A stretch of 64,000 nucleotides of DNA, taken from NCBI GenBank assembly GCA_011390065.1, contig JAABTD010000006.1, positions 16 to 64,015 on the forward strand. The letters run 5' to 3'. The notes under the pieces were generated by a model that saw nothing but the letters and a program-made list of their open reading frames with translations, searched no databases and was not told the DNA's origin. This DNA is from Desulfobacteraceae bacterium (GTDB lineage: Bacteria > Desulfobacterota > Desulfobacteria > Desulfobacterales > JAABSP01). The translations under genes and the position numbers were made by a program. Shown here piece by piece: positions 41,197-50,187 of the stretch; positions within the stretch are counted from its first letter, which is position 1; each line of letters begins with the position of its first letter.

Positions 41197-41289
41197 GGCG
41201 CCGCTTCTCCATTCATGGGTGTTATCCGCTCTATTGCTGATCTTAGCCCCTCTTCCCCGACGCTGTCAAGCGCGGCGCGCCCCGCGGCA

Positions 41290-41318
41290 TTGAAACTTCC
41301 CCACCCCTGTGTTATGTT
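41290..41318 (+). promoter_or_regulatory. Sigma70-like promoter candidate for the second MBL hydrolase
   Basis: TTGAAA, 17 nt spacer, TATGTT, about 45 nt upstream of the ATG at 41366. Confidence 0.4.
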
Positions 41319-41365
41319 GGATTTTGCTCAACTGACTGGAAACCGAATGTCGAGGCTTGACGCAC

Positions 41366-42271
41366 ATGCGCCTTGAGGACCGCAACGATGTTGCCCATCT
41401 GACCCATACGCTCTACCGGATCGAAGGTCCCAACCGATCGAAATTCCCCTTTTGCGCCGGTTATCTGTTCGTTGACAAGGCCGTCGTCCTCATTGACGCC
41501 GGCATCGGCGAGGCCAAGATAAAGGAGATCGACAAAGAAACGCCCATCGACATTCTGATCCTGAGCCACTCCCATCCGGACCATATGCTGTCATGGCATG
41601 TCCTTTCCGATCGGCGGATTCTGGTTCCCAATGAGACGCCGCAGATGGCGGACCTGGAGGACATGGGGCGGCGATTGACCGGCAGCTCCGACAAGGGGGC
41701 CTACTGGGCCAAGGTGCTGGGCCGGCCCCTGGGCCTGCGGCCCCTGCGGGAGCCCGATGGCCGGTTCGGCAACCGGAGTCTCCTGAAAATGGGGACCACC
41801 CATTTGGAAGCGATTCACTGTCCGGGCCATCTCGCAGATCATTACTGCTTTTTCGATCGGACCAGCGGGGTTCTGCTGACCACCGACATCGAGCTTGGCG
41901 CCTTCGGCCCCTGGTACGGCAACGCGGAATGCGACATCGATCAGTATAAAAAAAGCGTTCGACGTTTAATGAAGTTTCCGGCAGTCAAGCTGTGCCCCTC
42001 CCACAAACCCCCTGTCAACGAGAATACGGAGACGGTTCTGGCGGACTTTCTTCAGGGGTTTGACCGACACCGCCGAATCATTCTTGAATTGTGTTCGCCG
42101 CCTCGCTCGCTCCAGCAGATGGTCTCCCTCTCCCCTTTTTATCGGAACCGGTTGCCCGATAAAATCCTGCAGCGGATTTTCGAGGAGCCGATGATCGTAA
42201 AAAATCTCGACCTTCTCCTTCGGGAGGGAGTGATTGAGGAAAAATTCGGACATTATCGACGGATCGATTGA
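41366..42271 (+). CDS. MBL-fold metallo-hydrolase
   Basis: ILSHSHPDH (HxHxDH) motif, with later HCPGH and SH residues. The start is ATG 41366; the ORF track lists a TTG at 41357. Confidence 0.75.
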   Translation: MRLEDRNDVAHLTHTLYRIEGPNRSKFPFCAGYLFVDKAVVLIDAGIGEAKIKEIDKETPIDILILSHSHPDHMLSWHVLSDRRILVPNETPQMADLEDMGRRLTGSSDKGAYWAKVLGRPLGLRPLREPDGRFGNRSLLKMGTTHLEAIHCPGHLADHYCFFDRTSGVLLTTDIELGAFGPWYGNAECDIDQYKKSVRRLMKFPAVKLCPSHKPPVNENTETVLADFLQGFDRHRRIILELCSPPRSLQQMVSLSPFYRNRLPDKILQRIFEEPMIVKNLDLLLREGVIEEKFGHYRRID

Positions 42272-42288
42272 TCCGGAGGGCCCCTGAC

Positions 42289-43020
42289 ATGGACAGACGC
42301 TTGATGTTTATCCCGGTCGTTTTATTGACGGTTTTTTTGTGGCAGACGCCTTCCCCGGTGCGCGGGGAATTTTACCGGTACACTACCGAAGGGGGCAAGA
42401 CCATCTTTGTCGACGATCTCCAGAAGATTCCGGAACGGTATCTGGATCAGGTCCGGACCTACCGGGAGCGGTACGATCACCTGCCGCCGGAGAAGCGGGA
42501 AGCGCTTCTGGAAAAGGAGCGAACGGCGACCCGGGAAGCCGGGGAACGGCAGGCCCGGCTCGATGCCTACCGCCGGTACCGGGAAAGCCTCGAGACGCCG
42601 GTGTCCATCTACGGCAACCAGGTGCTGGTGCCGGTGGTGCTGGGATACGGTTCCCGGCAGGTCCGCGCCATGCTGCTGCTGGATACCGGGGCCTCCATCA
42701 TTGCGCTGCACCGGAACGTGGCCGAGATGCTCTATGTGCCCAGTCACCGCAAATCAATGGCCAAAATGGCCGACGGCAAGGTGATTGAAACGGACGTGGT
42801 TCAACTCGACTATGCCGCGGCGGGGCCCTATCGACGTGAAAAACTTTATGCCGGGGTCCTCGATATCCAGGGTGATGCGACGATCCATGACGGGCTTCTG
42901 GGGATGAATTTTCTCAGAGGGCTGGATTATCAGATCGATTTCGACGAAGAAGTTATCCGATGGCGCCCTCAGGCGATCCACGAACCCCCGCCGGGCCTGT
43001 CGCCCGAAGATCTGAAATGA
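42289..43020 (+). CDS. Secreted retropepsin-like (clan AA) aspartic protease
   Basis: Signal peptide ([18 protein letters not shown]), LLLDTGAS catalytic motif and a distal GLLGMNFL flap-like motif. GGAGGG SD 8 nt before the ATG. Confidence 0.65.
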   Translation: MDRRLMFIPVVLLTVFLWQTPSPVRGEFYRYTTEGGKTIFVDDLQKIPERYLDQVRTYRERYDHLPPEKREALLEKERTATREAGERQARLDAYRRYRESLETPVSIYGNQVLVPVVLGYGSRQVRAMLLLDTGASIIALHRNVAEMLYVPSHRKSMAKMADGKVIETDVVQLDYAAAGPYRREKLYAGVLDIQGDATIHDGLLGMNFLRGLDYQIDFDEEVIRWRPQAIHEPPPGLSPEDLK

Positions 43021-43152
43021 CGTCGGGGCCTCGCAATCCTCCGCCCATCCTCCGTCCTCCGACTTGAACTTGTGGAGAATCTATGTGAGCGCCGGACGTC
43101 ACCCGGCATCCTTTGCAGTGAATGCAACGCGCCCGGAAAAGCGAGATTGTCG

Positions 43153-43181
43153 TTGCACAGCGATGCCCCTATCGATATAAT
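43153..43181 (+). promoter_or_regulatory. Sigma70-like promoter candidate for yifB/comM
   Basis: TTGCAC, 17 nt spacer, TATAAT, about 40 nt upstream of the GTG start. Confidence 0.5.
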
Positions 43182-43222
43182 AGCCGATTCAATCCATTTC
43201 CGGAGCCATTCAAGGAGGATGC

Positions 43223-44749
43223 GTGTTAGCCAAAGTATTGAGCAGCGCCGTGATCGGCATCGACGCCTACCTGGTGGAAGTCGAGGTGGACATTTCCCAC
43301 GGCCTGCCGACATTCACCACGGTCGGCCTACCAGAAACAACTGTGAAAGAGAGCAAGGAGCGGGTCAAAACCGCCATCGCCAATTCAGGGTATGGATTTC
43401 CGGATGACCGGATCACCGTCAACCTGGCCCCGGCCAGCATAAAGAAAGTGGGGACCGGCTTCGATCTGCCCATGGCGCTGGGGATTCTGGTCGCCACCGG
43501 TCTCATCCCCCAGGAATCCCTTGCCCGGTATCTGGTCATGGGCGAACTCTCCCTGGATGGCCGCATCAAGCCGGTCAAAGGCGCCCTGCCCATGGCCATT
43601 GCCGCCCGGGACGCCGGTTACGAGGGGATCATCATCCCGGCCGAAAACGCCCGGGAGGGGTCGGTGGTCGACGGCGTTTCCGTGCTGCCGGTGGAACGCC
43701 TTTCCCAGCTCATCGATTTTTTCCGGGGCCTGGGCGATATCGCACCGATCAAAACCGACATTTCGGCGCTGTTTCAGCAGCGCGGCGGCGGCGGACCCGA
43801 TTTTTCCGAGGTCATGGGTCAGGAGCATGTGAAGCGGGCCCTGGAGGTGGCGGCGGCCGGCGGTCACAACCTCATCATGGTCGGTCCTCCGGGCTCGGGC
43901 AAAACCATGCTGGCCAAGCGCATTCCCTCCATTCTGCCCGGCATGGGGTTTGACGAAGCCATCGAAACCACCAAGATCTTCAGTGTGGTGGGGCTGCTGT
44001 CCAGCGATCAGGCCCTGATCGCCGACCGGCCCTTTCGCTCCCCGCATCATACCATCTCCGACGCCGGGCTCATCGGGGGCGGCCACATTCCCCGTCCCGG
44101 CGAGGTGAGCCTGGCCCACAACGGCGTCCTGTTTCTGGACGAACTTCCCGAGTTCAAAAAAGCGGTGCTGGAGGTGCTGCGCCAGCCGCTGGAGGATCTG
44201 CAGGTCACCATCTCCCGGGCCGTTACCACCGTGACCTATCCGGCCAGCTTCATGCTCATTGCCGCCATGAATCCCTGTCCCTGCGGATATTACGGCGACG
44301 CCCGGCATGATTGCGCCTGCTCCTCCCAGCAGATCAACCGGTATCGTTCCAGGATTTCCGGGCCGCTGATGGACCGGATCGACATCCATGTGGAGGTTCC
44401 GGCGGTCCCATACAAGGATCTGGTGGGAAAGTTCTCGGCCGAACCGTCGTCGGCCATCCGGGAGCGGGTATCAGGGGCCAGGGAGATCCAGACAAACCGA
44501 CTGACAAGAACCAAGATCCACTGCAACGCCCAGATGGCCAGCCGGCACATCCGCAGATGGTGCGAGGTGGACGAGGCGTCGGCCCGGCTGCTGGAGACGG
44601 CCGTGAACAAGCTGGGCCTGTCGGCCCGGGCCTACAACCGGGTGCTCAAGATCGCCCGGACCATCGCGGACCTGGAGGGGGTGACGGACATTACCGCCCA
44701 TCATGTTTCGGAGGCGATTCAATATCGGAGTTTGGAGAGGACCTTATAG
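43223..44749 (+). CDS. yifB: YifB/ComM-family Mg-chelatase-like AAA+ ATPase
   Basis: N-terminal Lon-protease-like domain (VIGIDAYLVEVEVDISHGLPTFTTVGLPE), Walker A GPPGSGKT and the C-terminal ChlI-like domain. GTG start after AAGGAGG. Confidence 0.9.
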   Translation: MLAKVLSSAVIGIDAYLVEVEVDISHGLPTFTTVGLPETTVKESKERVKTAIANSGYGFPDDRITVNLAPASIKKVGTGFDLPMALGILVATGLIPQESLARYLVMGELSLDGRIKPVKGALPMAIAARDAGYEGIIIPAENAREGSVVDGVSVLPVERLSQLIDFFRGLGDIAPIKTDISALFQQRGGGGPDFSEVMGQEHVKRALEVAAAGGHNLIMVGPPGSGKTMLAKRIPSILPGMGFDEAIETTKIFSVVGLLSSDQALIADRPFRSPHHTISDAGLIGGGHIPRPGEVSLAHNGVLFLDELPEFKKAVLEVLRQPLEDLQVTISRAVTTVTYPASFMLIAAMNPCPCGYYGDARHDCACSSQQINRYRSRISGPLMDRIDIHVEVPAVPYKDLVGKFSAEPSSAIRERVSGAREIQTNRLTRTKIHCNAQMASRHIRRWCEVDEASARLLETAVNKLGLSARAYNRVLKIARTIADLEGVTDITAHHVSEAIQYRSLERTL

Positions 44750-44819
44750 CGCTGCTGTCGATCCCTGTCCGGTGGATTCGCGTCTGCCGGGACGGACGAG
44801 TGGTCAGTGGCGCCGGGAG

Positions 44820-45137
44820 CTATCGATAGAGTCGGATGGACGGTCGGTCGCCGCCCGGACCGACAATGCCGCTGAGTTGGCCGTCTGTGAAAAGCAGCAA
44901 CAGATTGCCGTCATTGTAGACCCAGACGTCGCGCCTGGCGCCGTCGCAGTCGCTCAGACGGGCGCCGCTGATGGGAAATCCGATGGTTTTGACCACATGG
45001 AGGCCGCTCATGCCGATTTCGATGGGAGATTTCGGCGCTTCCGCCGCACGGCGGGGTGGGGACGTGCGAAATCGATCGAACTGGGCGCACCCCATCAACA
45101 GGGTCAGGATCACAATGCTCGGGAGCAGTCTTTTCAA
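44820..45137 (-). CDS. Small lipoprotein, hypothetical
   Basis: A TTG start after an AAGGAAG SD gives MKRLLPSIVILTLLMGC, a lipobox signal peptide. The longer 130-aa ORF has no SD. Confidence 0.5.
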   Translation of the reverse strand: MKRLLPSIVILTLLMGCAQFDRFRTSPPRRAAEAPKSPIEIGMSGLHVVKTIGFPISGARLSDCDGARRDVWVYNDGNLLLLFTDGQLSGIVGPGGDRPSIRLYR

Positions 45138-45269
45138 TGGAGATCTTCCTTTTTTTGAGCCAGGTTGTTCGGGGCCGGCGCTGCGGCCTGCTGGCATCGT
45201 CGATAACGACATTACCGTATCAGGTCTATCCGGTTTGTCAATATGGATTTCCCGGTTCCATATTTATAT

Positions 45270-45298
45270 TTTACAAACATTAGATTTTTATGTATTAA
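45270..45298 (+). promoter_or_regulatory. Sigma70-like promoter candidate in an A/T-rich stretch upstream of the REC-SBP-CheW operon
   Basis: TTTACA, 17 nt spacer, TATTAA, about 55 nt upstream of the ATG at 45353. Confidence 0.3.
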
Positions 45299-45352
45299 GT
45301 TGAGTTGCGCAGGGCGTTTGCCTTCGCCGGCAATTCATATGGAGGTTATTTC

Positions 45353-47326
45353 ATGCCCATAGATCCCAAAGATGTCAAAATCCTGTTGGTCGAAGACGCC
45401 GCGACCATGCGAAAGATCGAGGTCAAAACCCTTCGATCGCTGGGCTTCGACAATATCCTGGAGGCCCAGGATGGCGAGGAGGCGGTCCGGAAGCTCCAGG
45501 AAGAAAACGACGTCAATTTCATTATCAGCGACTGGAACATGCCCAACAAGGATGGGTATGAACTGCTGGTGTGGGTGCGCGCCAGCGAGAAGTATAAACA
45601 CATCCCCTTTGTCATGGCCACGGCCCAGGGGGAGACCAAACAGGAGAACAAAGCCGTCGAGGCGGGGGTCAGCGCTTTCGTGGCCAAACCCTTCAATGCC
45701 GACGAACTGAAGAGCAAGATCCACGAGGCGTTCGGGGTCAAGGAAAGCGATGAAGCGCTGCTGGGCGCAGAAAATCGACAGCGGGAGACCCGGTCCGGCA
45801 AGTTGAAGCTCAAGATCGCCCATATCCAGATCACGGACCATCTGGTGGCGGGGGTCCTGGCGGAACTGATTCGCAAGGGGGTGATGACGCCCCGGTATTT
45901 CGAACTGGAGCTTCAGTGCATGCAGGGGTGGAACCTGGTCAAGGAGGCCCTGGCCAAGGGACGGGTGGACGCGGCCTGCATTTTAGCGCCCATCGCCATG
46001 GACCTTTTCAGCTCGGGCGCTCCCATCAAGCTGATCATGCTGGCCCATAAAAACGGTTCCATTTTCGTCCGCAACCGACAGGGCGTTTACCAGGAGCCGC
46101 ACCAGGATTTTTTCAAGGATAAATCCTTTTTCATCCCCCATACCATGTCGGTTCACCATATGCTGTGTCATTTGTTTTTCAGCAAAATCGGGCTGAAACC
46201 GGGCCTGGCCGGGGACCGGGGGATTGATGTGAACTTCGAGGTCATCGACCCCATCCTGATGCCGGAGTTCCTGAGGGCCAATCCGGGGTCCGGCGGCTTC
46301 ATGGTGGCGGAACCCCTGGGCACCAAAGCCATCGCTTCGGGCATCGCCGAGTTGCAGTTTCTATCGGGTGAACTCTGGGAGCAGCATCCCTGTTGCGTGG
46401 TGGCCATGCGGGAAGAGATCATCGACCGCTACACCGACGCGGTCTACGAATTTTCCGAAATGCTGGTTCAGGCCGGAAAATTCATTGAGAAGAAACCCGA
46501 AACGGCGGCGGAGATCGCGGTCTCCTTTCTCGATCCCACCAAAAAACTGGGGCTCAAGGTGCCGCTTCTCAAAAATGTCCTGACGGAAAAGATGGGCATC
46601 AAATCAGGCGACCTTTACCCCGCCATCGAAGACCTGGACAAAATCCAGCGATACATGCACCGGAACATGGGGATCGGGACCATCATCGATCTGGAAAAAT
46701 TCGTAGAACTGCGGTTTGCCGACGAAGCCTGCCAGGGACGGGCGACGGCGAAGAAGACCTCGGTGATCCACGACTCCGTGGACCTGGCGGTGGAGATTCT
46801 CCGGCGGGGCGCGGAGGACGATGAGGACGCCGTGACCCTCTCCTCAAAGGCCATGCTCAACAAAGAGGGGAAATATCTCACCTTCACCCTGGGAGAGCAG
46901 GAATTCGGCATCGATATCCTCAAGGTCCGGGAGATCGTCGGGATGGCGCCCATCCGATCCATTCCCCAGACCCCGCCGGCCATCAAAGGGGTGATCAACC
47001 TGCGGGGCAAGGTGATTCCGGTCATGGACCTGCGTCTGCGCTTCGGGATGGACGAACGGGACTACACCGACCGCACCTGCATCATCGTTCTGGAGCACGA
47101 GGTCGACGACAAGACGGTCCAGATGGGGATTGTGGTGGACACGGTTTCAGAGGTCCTGCCCATGAAGGCGTCGGAGATCGAAGAAACCCCCAATTTCGGG
47201 GCCAGCATCGACACCAGACACATTCTGGCCATCGCCAAGATGGAAAGCGGGGTCAAAATCCTGCTGGACATCGATTACGTCCTCACCGGCAGGGAGCAGA
47301 TCGCCGTTCAGAATCTGTTCGAATGA
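45353..47326 (+). CDS. Three-domain fusion: CheY-like receiver, cytoplasmic NitT/TauT-type solute-binding-protein-like domain, CheW domain
   Basis: REC at aa 7-125 closely resembles CheY (IISDWNMPNKDGYELL, VAKPF). Aa about 150-455 are paralogous to the downstream SBP (IQITDH, GFMVAEP, HPCCVVAMREE). Aa about 505-650 form a CheW domain (YLTFTLGEQEFGIDILKVREI...INLRGKVIPVMDLR). GGAGG SD; no signal peptide. Confidence 0.85.
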   Translation: MPIDPKDVKILLVEDAATMRKIEVKTLRSLGFDNILEAQDGEEAVRKLQEENDVNFIISDWNMPNKDGYELLVWVRASEKYKHIPFVMATAQGETKQENKAVEAGVSAFVAKPFNADELKSKIHEAFGVKESDEALLGAENRQRETRSGKLKLKIAHIQITDHLVAGVLAELIRKGVMTPRYFELELQCMQGWNLVKEALAKGRVDAACILAPIAMDLFSSGAPIKLIMLAHKNGSIFVRNRQGVYQEPHQDFFKDKSFFIPHTMSVHHMLCHLFFSKIGLKPGLAGDRGIDVNFEVIDPILMPEFLRANPGSGGFMVAEPLGTKAIASGIAELQFLSGELWEQHPCCVVAMREEIIDRYTDAVYEFSEMLVQAGKFIEKKPETAAEIAVSFLDPTKKLGLKVPLLKNVLTEKMGIKSGDLYPAIEDLDKIQRYMHRNMGIGTIIDLEKFVELRFADEACQGRATAKKTSVIHDSVDLAVEILRRGAEDDEDAVTLSSKAMLNKEGKYLTFTLGEQEFGIDILKVREIVGMAPIRSIPQTPPAIKGVINLRGKVIPVMDLRLRFGMDERDYTDRTCIIVLEHEVDDKTVQMGIVVDTVSEVLPMKASEIEETPNFGASIDTRHILAIAKMESGVKILLDIDYVLTGREQIAVQNLFE

Positions 47327-47356
47327 TGCGACCCGCCGCCCCATGACCCTGCAGCC

Positions 47357-48121
47357 ATGACCATACAGATGGAAAAGGTCTGTAAACGGTTTCCACAACC
47401 GGCGGGGAAGGAATTGTCCGTTCTTGAGGACGTCGATCTGGTCATCGGCGAGGGGGAATTCGTCATTATCCTGGGAGAGTCGGGCTGCGGCAAATCGACC
47501 CTGCTCAACCTGATGGCGGGGCTGCTGCCCCTTTCCGACGGCGAGATCCGGGTCAAAGGAACCCGGGTCGCACGCCCCCACCCCTCCCGGGCAATGCTTT
47601 TCCAGCAGCCGAGCCTGCTGCCGTGGCTCAATGTGGAGGAGAATATCGTTTTCGGGTGTAAACTTCGGGGGGAAAAAGAGAATCTCGCGGTGCGCACGGC
47701 GCAGCTGATTGAGATCATGGGGTTGTCGGGGTTTGAGAAGGTCAAGCCCCACGAACTGTCCCTGGGAATGGCCCAGCGGGTCTGCCTGGCCCGGGCCATG
47801 ATCGGTCATCCTCAGATCCTCCTGCTGGATGAACCCTTTGCTTCTCTGGACACCATCACCCGGTCTCACCTGCAGGAGGAACTGATCGAGTTCTGGATGG
47901 TGGAAAAATTCACTGCCGTTTTCGTCACCCACGACATCGACGAGGCGATTCTCATGGGCACCAAGGTGGTCCTTCTGGGAGGGCGGCCCCGCGGCATCCT
48001 CCAGGCCTACGAAGTCAACCTTAATTATCCCCGGGACATCGCCAGTCGAGGGTTTTTTCTCCTTCGGTCCGCCATCATCAAAAAGTTGCGGGAATCTTTT
48101 GACGGACGTCAGGAAGGCTGA
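47357..48121 (+). CDS. ABC transporter ATP-binding protein, NitT/TauT (nitrate/sulfonate/taurine) family
   Basis: Walker A GESGCGKST, signature LSLGMAQR and Walker B ILLLDEPF. Confidence 0.9.
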   Translation: MTIQMEKVCKRFPQPAGKELSVLEDVDLVIGEGEFVIILGESGCGKSTLLNLMAGLLPLSDGEIRVKGTRVARPHPSRAMLFQQPSLLPWLNVEENIVFGCKLRGEKENLAVRTAQLIEIMGLSGFEKVKPHELSLGMAQRVCLARAMIGHPQILLLDEPFASLDTITRSHLQEELIEFWMVEKFTAVFVTHDIDEAILMGTKVVLLGGRPRGILQAYEVNLNYPRDIASRGFFLLRSAIIKKLRESFDGRQEG

Positions 48122-48137
48122 AGCGGTGATCCGTGCC

Positions 48138-49322
48138 ATGCCCCTGACGAGGCGGGATTTTCTTAAAACGGCAGGGGCGGGCGCGCTGGTCGCCGGGACG
48201 TCGGCGTGCCGGAACCGGACCGACGACCATGAGACCCTGCACATCGGGTATCTGCCCATCACTGACGCTGCGCCTTTGTTGATCGCCCATGCCATGGGCT
48301 ATTTTCAGGATGAGGGACTGACGGCGGCGCCTCCCCGGCGGGTCCGAAACTGGTCTACTCTTTCCGAGTCCTTGCTGACGGGCAAGTTCAACGTGACCCA
48401 TCTGCTTCTGCCCATTCCCCTCTGGATGCGCTACAATAAAAATATGCCGGTCAAGGTGCTGGCGTGGGACCACACCAACGGCAGCGCGCTGACCGTCCGG
48501 GGCGACGCGTCCATCCGGGGGTTCGCCGATCTGGGAGGGAAACAGATCGCGGTTCCCTACTGGTATTCCATGCACAACATCATTCTCCAGATGGGCTTGA
48601 AAAAAGCAGGTTTGAAACCCGTGATCCAGTCCCAGCGGACCGTTTTGAAATCCGACGAGGTCAATCTCTTCGTGCTGCCGCCCCCGGAGATGCCCATGGC
48701 GCTGTCCGGAGGCAAGATCGACGGTTTCATTGTGGCCGAACCCTTCAACGCCCTGGCGGAACTCAAAATCGGAGCGAAGATCCTGAGATTCACGGGGGAT
48801 ATCTGGAAAAACCATCCCTGCTGCGTCATCGTCATGAAGGAGTATTTCACTCGTGAACATCCTGTTTTCACACAGAAGACGATCAACGCCATCGTGCGGG
48901 CCCAGCTGTGGATTATACAGAACCCCGCCGGGGCGGCAAGGATTCTCAGTCGGGAGGGGGGCGGGTATCTTCCCACCAGCGAAACGGTGTTGCAACGGGT
49001 CTTTACCGGCTATGAGGTCGAAACATACGGCCCCGGGGCCGTCCCCCAGGCCATCCGTCATCCCGAATGGGGAATACGGCGCATCGCCTTTCAACCCTAT
49101 CCCTATCCGTCAGCCACCCGATTAATCCTTCGTGAAATGCGCGAAACGGCGATGGAGGGAGATGCGGCGTTTTTGAAAAAGCTGAGCCCCGACGAGGTGA
49201 TCGGCGATCTGGTGGATGACCGCTTCGTTAAAAAGGCCATCGATTCGGTGGGCGGACCGGGACGTTTTGATCTCATGGATTTTCAAGACCCGTGGCAACG
49301 GGAGGAAGTGATCGCGTTTTAA
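48138..49322 (+). CDS. ABC transporter substrate-binding protein, NitT/TauT family, Tat signal peptide
   Basis: Twin-arginine signal MPLTRRDFLKTAGAGALVAGTSAC. NrtA/SsuA-like core (IGYLPITDAAPLLIAH, GFIVAEPFN, HPCCVIVMKE). Confidence 0.85.
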   Translation: MPLTRRDFLKTAGAGALVAGTSACRNRTDDHETLHIGYLPITDAAPLLIAHAMGYFQDEGLTAAPPRRVRNWSTLSESLLTGKFNVTHLLLPIPLWMRYNKNMPVKVLAWDHTNGSALTVRGDASIRGFADLGGKQIAVPYWYSMHNIILQMGLKKAGLKPVIQSQRTVLKSDEVNLFVLPPPEMPMALSGGKIDGFIVAEPFNALAELKIGAKILRFTGDIWKNHPCCVIVMKEYFTREHPVFTQKTINAIVRAQLWIIQNPAGAARILSREGGGYLPTSETVLQRVFTGYEVETYGPGAVPQAIRHPEWGIRRIAFQPYPYPSATRLILREMRETAMEGDAAFLKKLSPDEVIGDLVDDRFVKKAIDSVGGPGRFDLMDFQDPWQREEVIAF

Positions 49323-49330
49323 TTCCGGAT

Positions 49331-50152
49331 ATGCAAATTACCCCGCACCTATTTCAGAAGCGTTTGAAAAAGCCCGGGCCCAACGGGCGCTATGTGATGT
49401 TCCGGGTCGGTTACGCTCTGCTGGGCATCGGGCTGTTCATTTTTCTTTGGGTGGCGGGGGGCTATCTCGTGTTTACCCGGCCCGGCTACGAGCAGTTTTC
49501 CGGGTTTCTGCCCGTTCCCACCCTGGAGGCATTCCGGGGCCTGCTGTTCGAAGACCAGTTCTGGCAATCCGTCTGGGCCAGCATCCGGCGGGTGATCATC
49601 GGCATCACCATCGCCTTTGTCCTCGGGCTTCCCCTGGGTCTGCTCATCGGTTTTTACGAAAAGCTCCAGCTGACGACTTACACCCCCGTCCAGTTTCTGC
49701 GAATGATCAGTCCTCTGTCCTGGATGCCCGTGGCCCTGCTGGTGTTCCACAGCTTTGAATCGGCCATTTATTTTCTCATCACCATGGCGACGGTGTGGCC
49801 TATCATTCTCAATACGGCCCACGGCGTCTCCCAGGTCAACCCCCACTGGGTCAACATGGCCCGGAACCAGGGGGCCAAGGATTATCAGCTGCTGATGAAA
49901 ATCGTGGTGCCGGCGTCGATTCCCTACATCCTTACCAGCCTTCGTCTGGCCCTGGGCGTGGCCTGGATCGTGCTGGTGCCGGCCGAATTCCTGGGGATCT
50001 CCAGCGGCCTGGGTTACATCATCAACGACGCCCGGGACACCATGGAATATGATCGCCTCGGCGCCATCATCATCGCCATCGGCTTCATAGGATTCATCCT
50101 GGACGGGAGCATCGAAATTATTCAGCGGATGTTCAGCTGGAATGTGGCGTGA
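49331..50152 (+). CDS. ABC transporter permease, NitT/TauT family
   Basis: Six predicted TM segments and an EAA-like loop (ARNQGAKDYQLLMKIVVPASIPYI). ATG 9 nt after the SBP stop. Confidence 0.88.
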   Translation: MQITPHLFQKRLKKPGPNGRYVMFRVGYALLGIGLFIFLWVAGGYLVFTRPGYEQFSGFLPVPTLEAFRGLLFEDQFWQSVWASIRRVIIGITIAFVLGLPLGLLIGFYEKLQLTTYTPVQFLRMISPLSWMPVALLVFHSFESAIYFLITMATVWPIILNTAHGVSQVNPHWVNMARNQGAKDYQLLMKIVVPASIPYILTSLRLALGVAWIVLVPAEFLGISSGLGYIINDARDTMEYDRLGAIIIAIGFIGFILDGSIEIIQRMFSWNVA

Positions 50153-50187
50153 GAGGGATGCCGATGGACAGGAGTTGATCGAAAGAA

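Noticed and set aside
45199-45206. FliA (sigma28)-like -10 box GTCGATAA upstream of the REC-SBP-CheW gene
   Set aside because: There is no TAAA-type -35 element at the required distance of about 15 nt. A single 7/8 match is expected by chance.
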